From assembly GCF_009914755.1 (NCBI RefSeq), contig NC_060933.1: a stretch of DNA of 64,000 bases. One strand, given 5' to 3'. Positions 60,696-64,000 of the stretch are shown here, one piece after another (the first letter of the stretch is position 1; each line of letters opens with the position of its first letter). The DNA is from the human T2T-CHM13v2.0 reference genome, Homo sapiens. Made by a program: the position numbers and the translations under genes. The notes beneath the pieces are model-generated. The model was not told where the DNA came from. It did no database searches and saw only the letters and a list, made by a program, of their open reading frames with translations.

Positions 60696-62171
60696 GTAAC
60701 AATGATAATAAAAATAGTCCTAGACCCCTAGAATTAGAAGGACTCTTGCACTATGAGAGGATTCTATTTTAGAGCACCTGGAAAGATGGTTTTCCAACCT
60801 CTATCCTAGTGCCAGGGAATTTCTTCTCAGAAGTGATCCATCGATAGCTCTCATTTTTGAAAAGGTTATGCCTTTTAAATCAAAGTCTGTAACCCTTTGA
60901 TTTCTACCATTTTGTCTTGGTTTTGTCTTCTGAAAGAAAGCGGTGTTTAAAATTGAGGAGTGTTGTATGTGAAGACACTAATAAAAGGAACGCCAATATA
61001 TAAACGTTTCTCCTTACCCTTTTTTTGGTTAGTGTTTGAACTTTATGGCTTTTCTTTCTGGAGGACAAGATTGAGAAAAGTCTTTTTATTATTTACATTT
61101 TAGTAAATAGTAACCGTCTAGAGTTTGAGTGGCAAGAATTTTGAAGTTTGGCTGCCCTTGTGTACTACTGGTAGACTTTCTGGAAGTTGCTATTTACTGT
61201 TTGTTTCTTATTTATCAGAAAATAATTGAGGAGATAGCAGCCAATCTGAGCTAATTCAGATATGTAAGGTCCTTAGTGTCCTGAAATAGTTAACATATTT
61301 CTTAATCTAAAGCAAGTCCCCCAATGCACTTAAAGAAGTGTGGATTAACTTTTTAAATATGTTTGAGGACATGGTGAAGCATACTAAACACATATTTAAC
61401 CAATGCTTCCCATTTTCACTTTCTAATAATTTTATGATAGTTTGTAATTGTTTTGTTTGGAATTAGTGATGAATGGAAATCACTTAAAAAAAAAAGTTGA
61501 GAAGTCATATCTGCTTAGGTGGCTTTCCTGCGGTGTTTTCATCCATCAAAGATGTTTATTTGTGAAGTGAAAGATAAAGAAATTTACTTCAGAAGACTGA
61601 GTGTATGGTTCAGGTGATTATTAATAGAGGGAAGTAGATAAAATATTAAGAAACCTGAAGAGAGAAAAAAAAATGAGCCAGAAAAAGATGAGAGCATGTA
61701 CAGCATTTTGGCATCATGCCATGTCAGATCTGAAAGGAACCCCAGCCGCCTACTAAAACTCTTGATAGCTCTGTAATACCTGCAACAGTCGGAGACTCGA
61801 TAGCTTCAGTGATGGCAAATCCGCTGTTGCACATCAGTTTGTTCCATTGGTGGCTGCTTGTGTTATCATCTCATGCTTTCATTCACTAAAAATGTTTTCT
61901 ACATTCATTCTCCACTATTCCTGGTTCTTCCTTCTAGAGCTACATAAATAAATCTGAATTTCTAGTTTTCTTTAAGATTTGACCTTCCTTCATGTATCTT
62001 AATGGCTTCTTGACCTACTTTCCTCTCCAAAAGTGCATACAAGTTCATACTAAACTGATTCATTTCTTCTATTTCACATGTAATATGGAGTTGAAACCCT
62101 TTATCTCTGCTCTTAACAGAGTAGATTGGTTGCAGTTTCTTGGGTGCAGGAATGAAAAAATGAGTACATTT

Positions 62172-62362
62172 GCCTCAGCCTCCCATGTAGCTGGGACTGT
62201 ATAGGTGCATGCCACTACACCTGGTTAATTTTTGTATTTTTTGGTAGAGATGGTGTATCACCCTGTTGGCCAGGTTTGTCTCGAACTTCAGACCTCAAGA
62301 GATCTGCCTGCCTTGGCCTCCCAAATTGCTGGGATTACAGGCATAAGTCACTGCGTCTGGCT
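62172..62362 (-). mobile_element. Partial old Alu
   Basis: Diverged antisense Alu. Confidence 0.85.
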
Positions 62363-63089
62363 TGGGGGAGTTACTGTTGAAGTATTGTCTTTGTATCCCA
62401 AAGAAGGCCCTTCTGAAACTGATGATGTTGATGAAAAACTCCTTCTACTGAAGTCTTTGCAATGTATAATCTTTTCACTTCCATTTTCCTACATACTGTT
62501 TCTATTGGTTCCTTGTATTCCACAGACTGTGTTTTAGTATTTATAAGTATAGTGTTCCTTTTCTATGTGGAAAAGGGAAAATGTATTGGCCTTTTTTTAA
62601 CATATAAATGAACTTCACAAGCAACAATTTTTCAAATCAGTTTTCCCTGTTGTGAATCTCGAAGTGGGTACATGATGCACTTTCCCATTTAAGGTAAAGT
62701 ACACATTTATCCCTTATCTCAGAATAGTCAGAAGTCAGGTTCTTATTGTATGGTTAGTAATGCAAATATTGATAAGGTCATGTCAATACTTAGTATTTAG
62801 AAGAATTCTGAAACAGCACTTGTTACTCTGTAAGTTTTATGCATTTATTACTTTTTTTGAATTTTTTATAATGTTCCCAAACTTGACTCTCTCATAGGCT
62901 ATTAGTAATAGGTTTTACTTCTATCTCTTGTGGCCTCAAGTACACAAGATGTATTTTCTTTAGATTTAGCATATAATATAAATTCAATTGTTTATTTCAG
63001 ATTTTGAAAGAACAAAGAGGAACTACAGAATCATTGCTTACATTGACACCGGCCCTATTGTCCCAATGGATGGGTTTTTTTTGGATCAA

Positions 63090-63434
63090 TGTCAAAATTG
63101 ACCCTGCTGTTAAAGCTTGAAACTTGGATCTGTTGTATCTGAGTTCTCTCCTCAAAAAAAAGACCTTCAGGAAGTATCAGATAACTGAAACATACCAGAT
63201 CACAGCACCACATGCCTCCTGCCCCTCCCTAATTTCTGTTCTCTTATACATTGTTAAATTTCTTTCCTGCCCCTATTAGTCAAGCCCATGGATTTGAGAC
63301 TGAGCTCCCAGCTCCTGGGCTGCAGCACCAGGTTAAAGCTTTCTTCCTTGGCAGTACTTGTCACCTCAGTGACTGGCTTTTTCTCCGATGAGCAGGAGGA
63401 CCTGGACGAAACCCCTGGTGTTTGGGTAATAACA
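63090..63434 (+). mobile_element. ERV1 LTR fragment (LTR9-like)
   Basis: 3' end ggctgcagcaccaggttaaagc...gaaacccctggtgtttgggtaataaca. Confidence 0.65.
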
Positions 63435-64000
63435 TGAATGACCATCTTAACTGTTATTCTTTATTGAAATTTTACTTTTTAACTACTGGCCTCTTGTTCA
63501 TTATCTCCCATTCTTTTGACCTCATATCTCTTTTTTCATTGACTTTACAGTCAAGGAACTTGATGCTCCCTAAATCCAAATATTACGGTTAAAAGAAGAG
63601 AGAGGAAATGTGTGCAGAGAAAGTGTATTTTACAAATGAATTAAAGATGGATTCTGAGATACAGGTTTATAGATTTACCTAGAGTTTTGAGTTCAGGTGA
63701 GTTTTCACAATATGCAGTAAGTGGAAAAGAATCCCAAAATAATTGTGACATGAAAAAACTAGATGTTGAAAACCAAAAAGATTTCACTTTGGTATGGCAC
63801 TTTTAATTCAAGAATACTAGCCACCAAATGAGTTTTTCTGACTGTAATCATTGCTCTTTAAAAATTAAGAGATGTATTTATAACTTTTGTTTGACTTTTA
63901 GTACAGCTTCTGAATTGAGTTATCAATAGATAGGACAAAATAGATGAGCATCTGCTTCCCTTCCCCCTAAACAATGTATTCTTACCGAAATGTAATATAT

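Overview
Primate (human-like) genomic DNA, rich in Alu, L1 and ERV repeats, with no intact protein-coding gene. It reads as a mosaic of segmental duplications of the pericentromeric type. (1) 1-17.3 kb is repeat-rich, with a local 0.5-kb duplication and two weak lncRNA-like exons. (2) About 17.5-47.9 kb is a copy of the tail-to-tail 3' ends of ADGRF5/GPR116 (+, last 5 exons) and MEP1A (-, last 4 exons). Both are unprocessed pseudogenes with stops and frameshifts but canonical splice sites, and both block ends fall in broken Alus. (3) About 47.9-49.9 kb is a palindromic REP522/BAGE-5'-like repeat with two mirror-image TATA+CCAAT promoter modules, followed by a GA-rich tandem array. (4) An old L1 fragment follows. 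(5) About 53.7-64 kb is a PARG-derived block with two PARG exons (+). The most notable arrangement is the divergent palindromic promoter between two promoterless gene fragments, each in the sense orientation of the arm facing it (MEP1A leftwards, PARG rightwards). This is a candidate bidirectional source of chimeric transcripts. Gene and repeat-family names come from my recollection of the parent sequences; no search was run.
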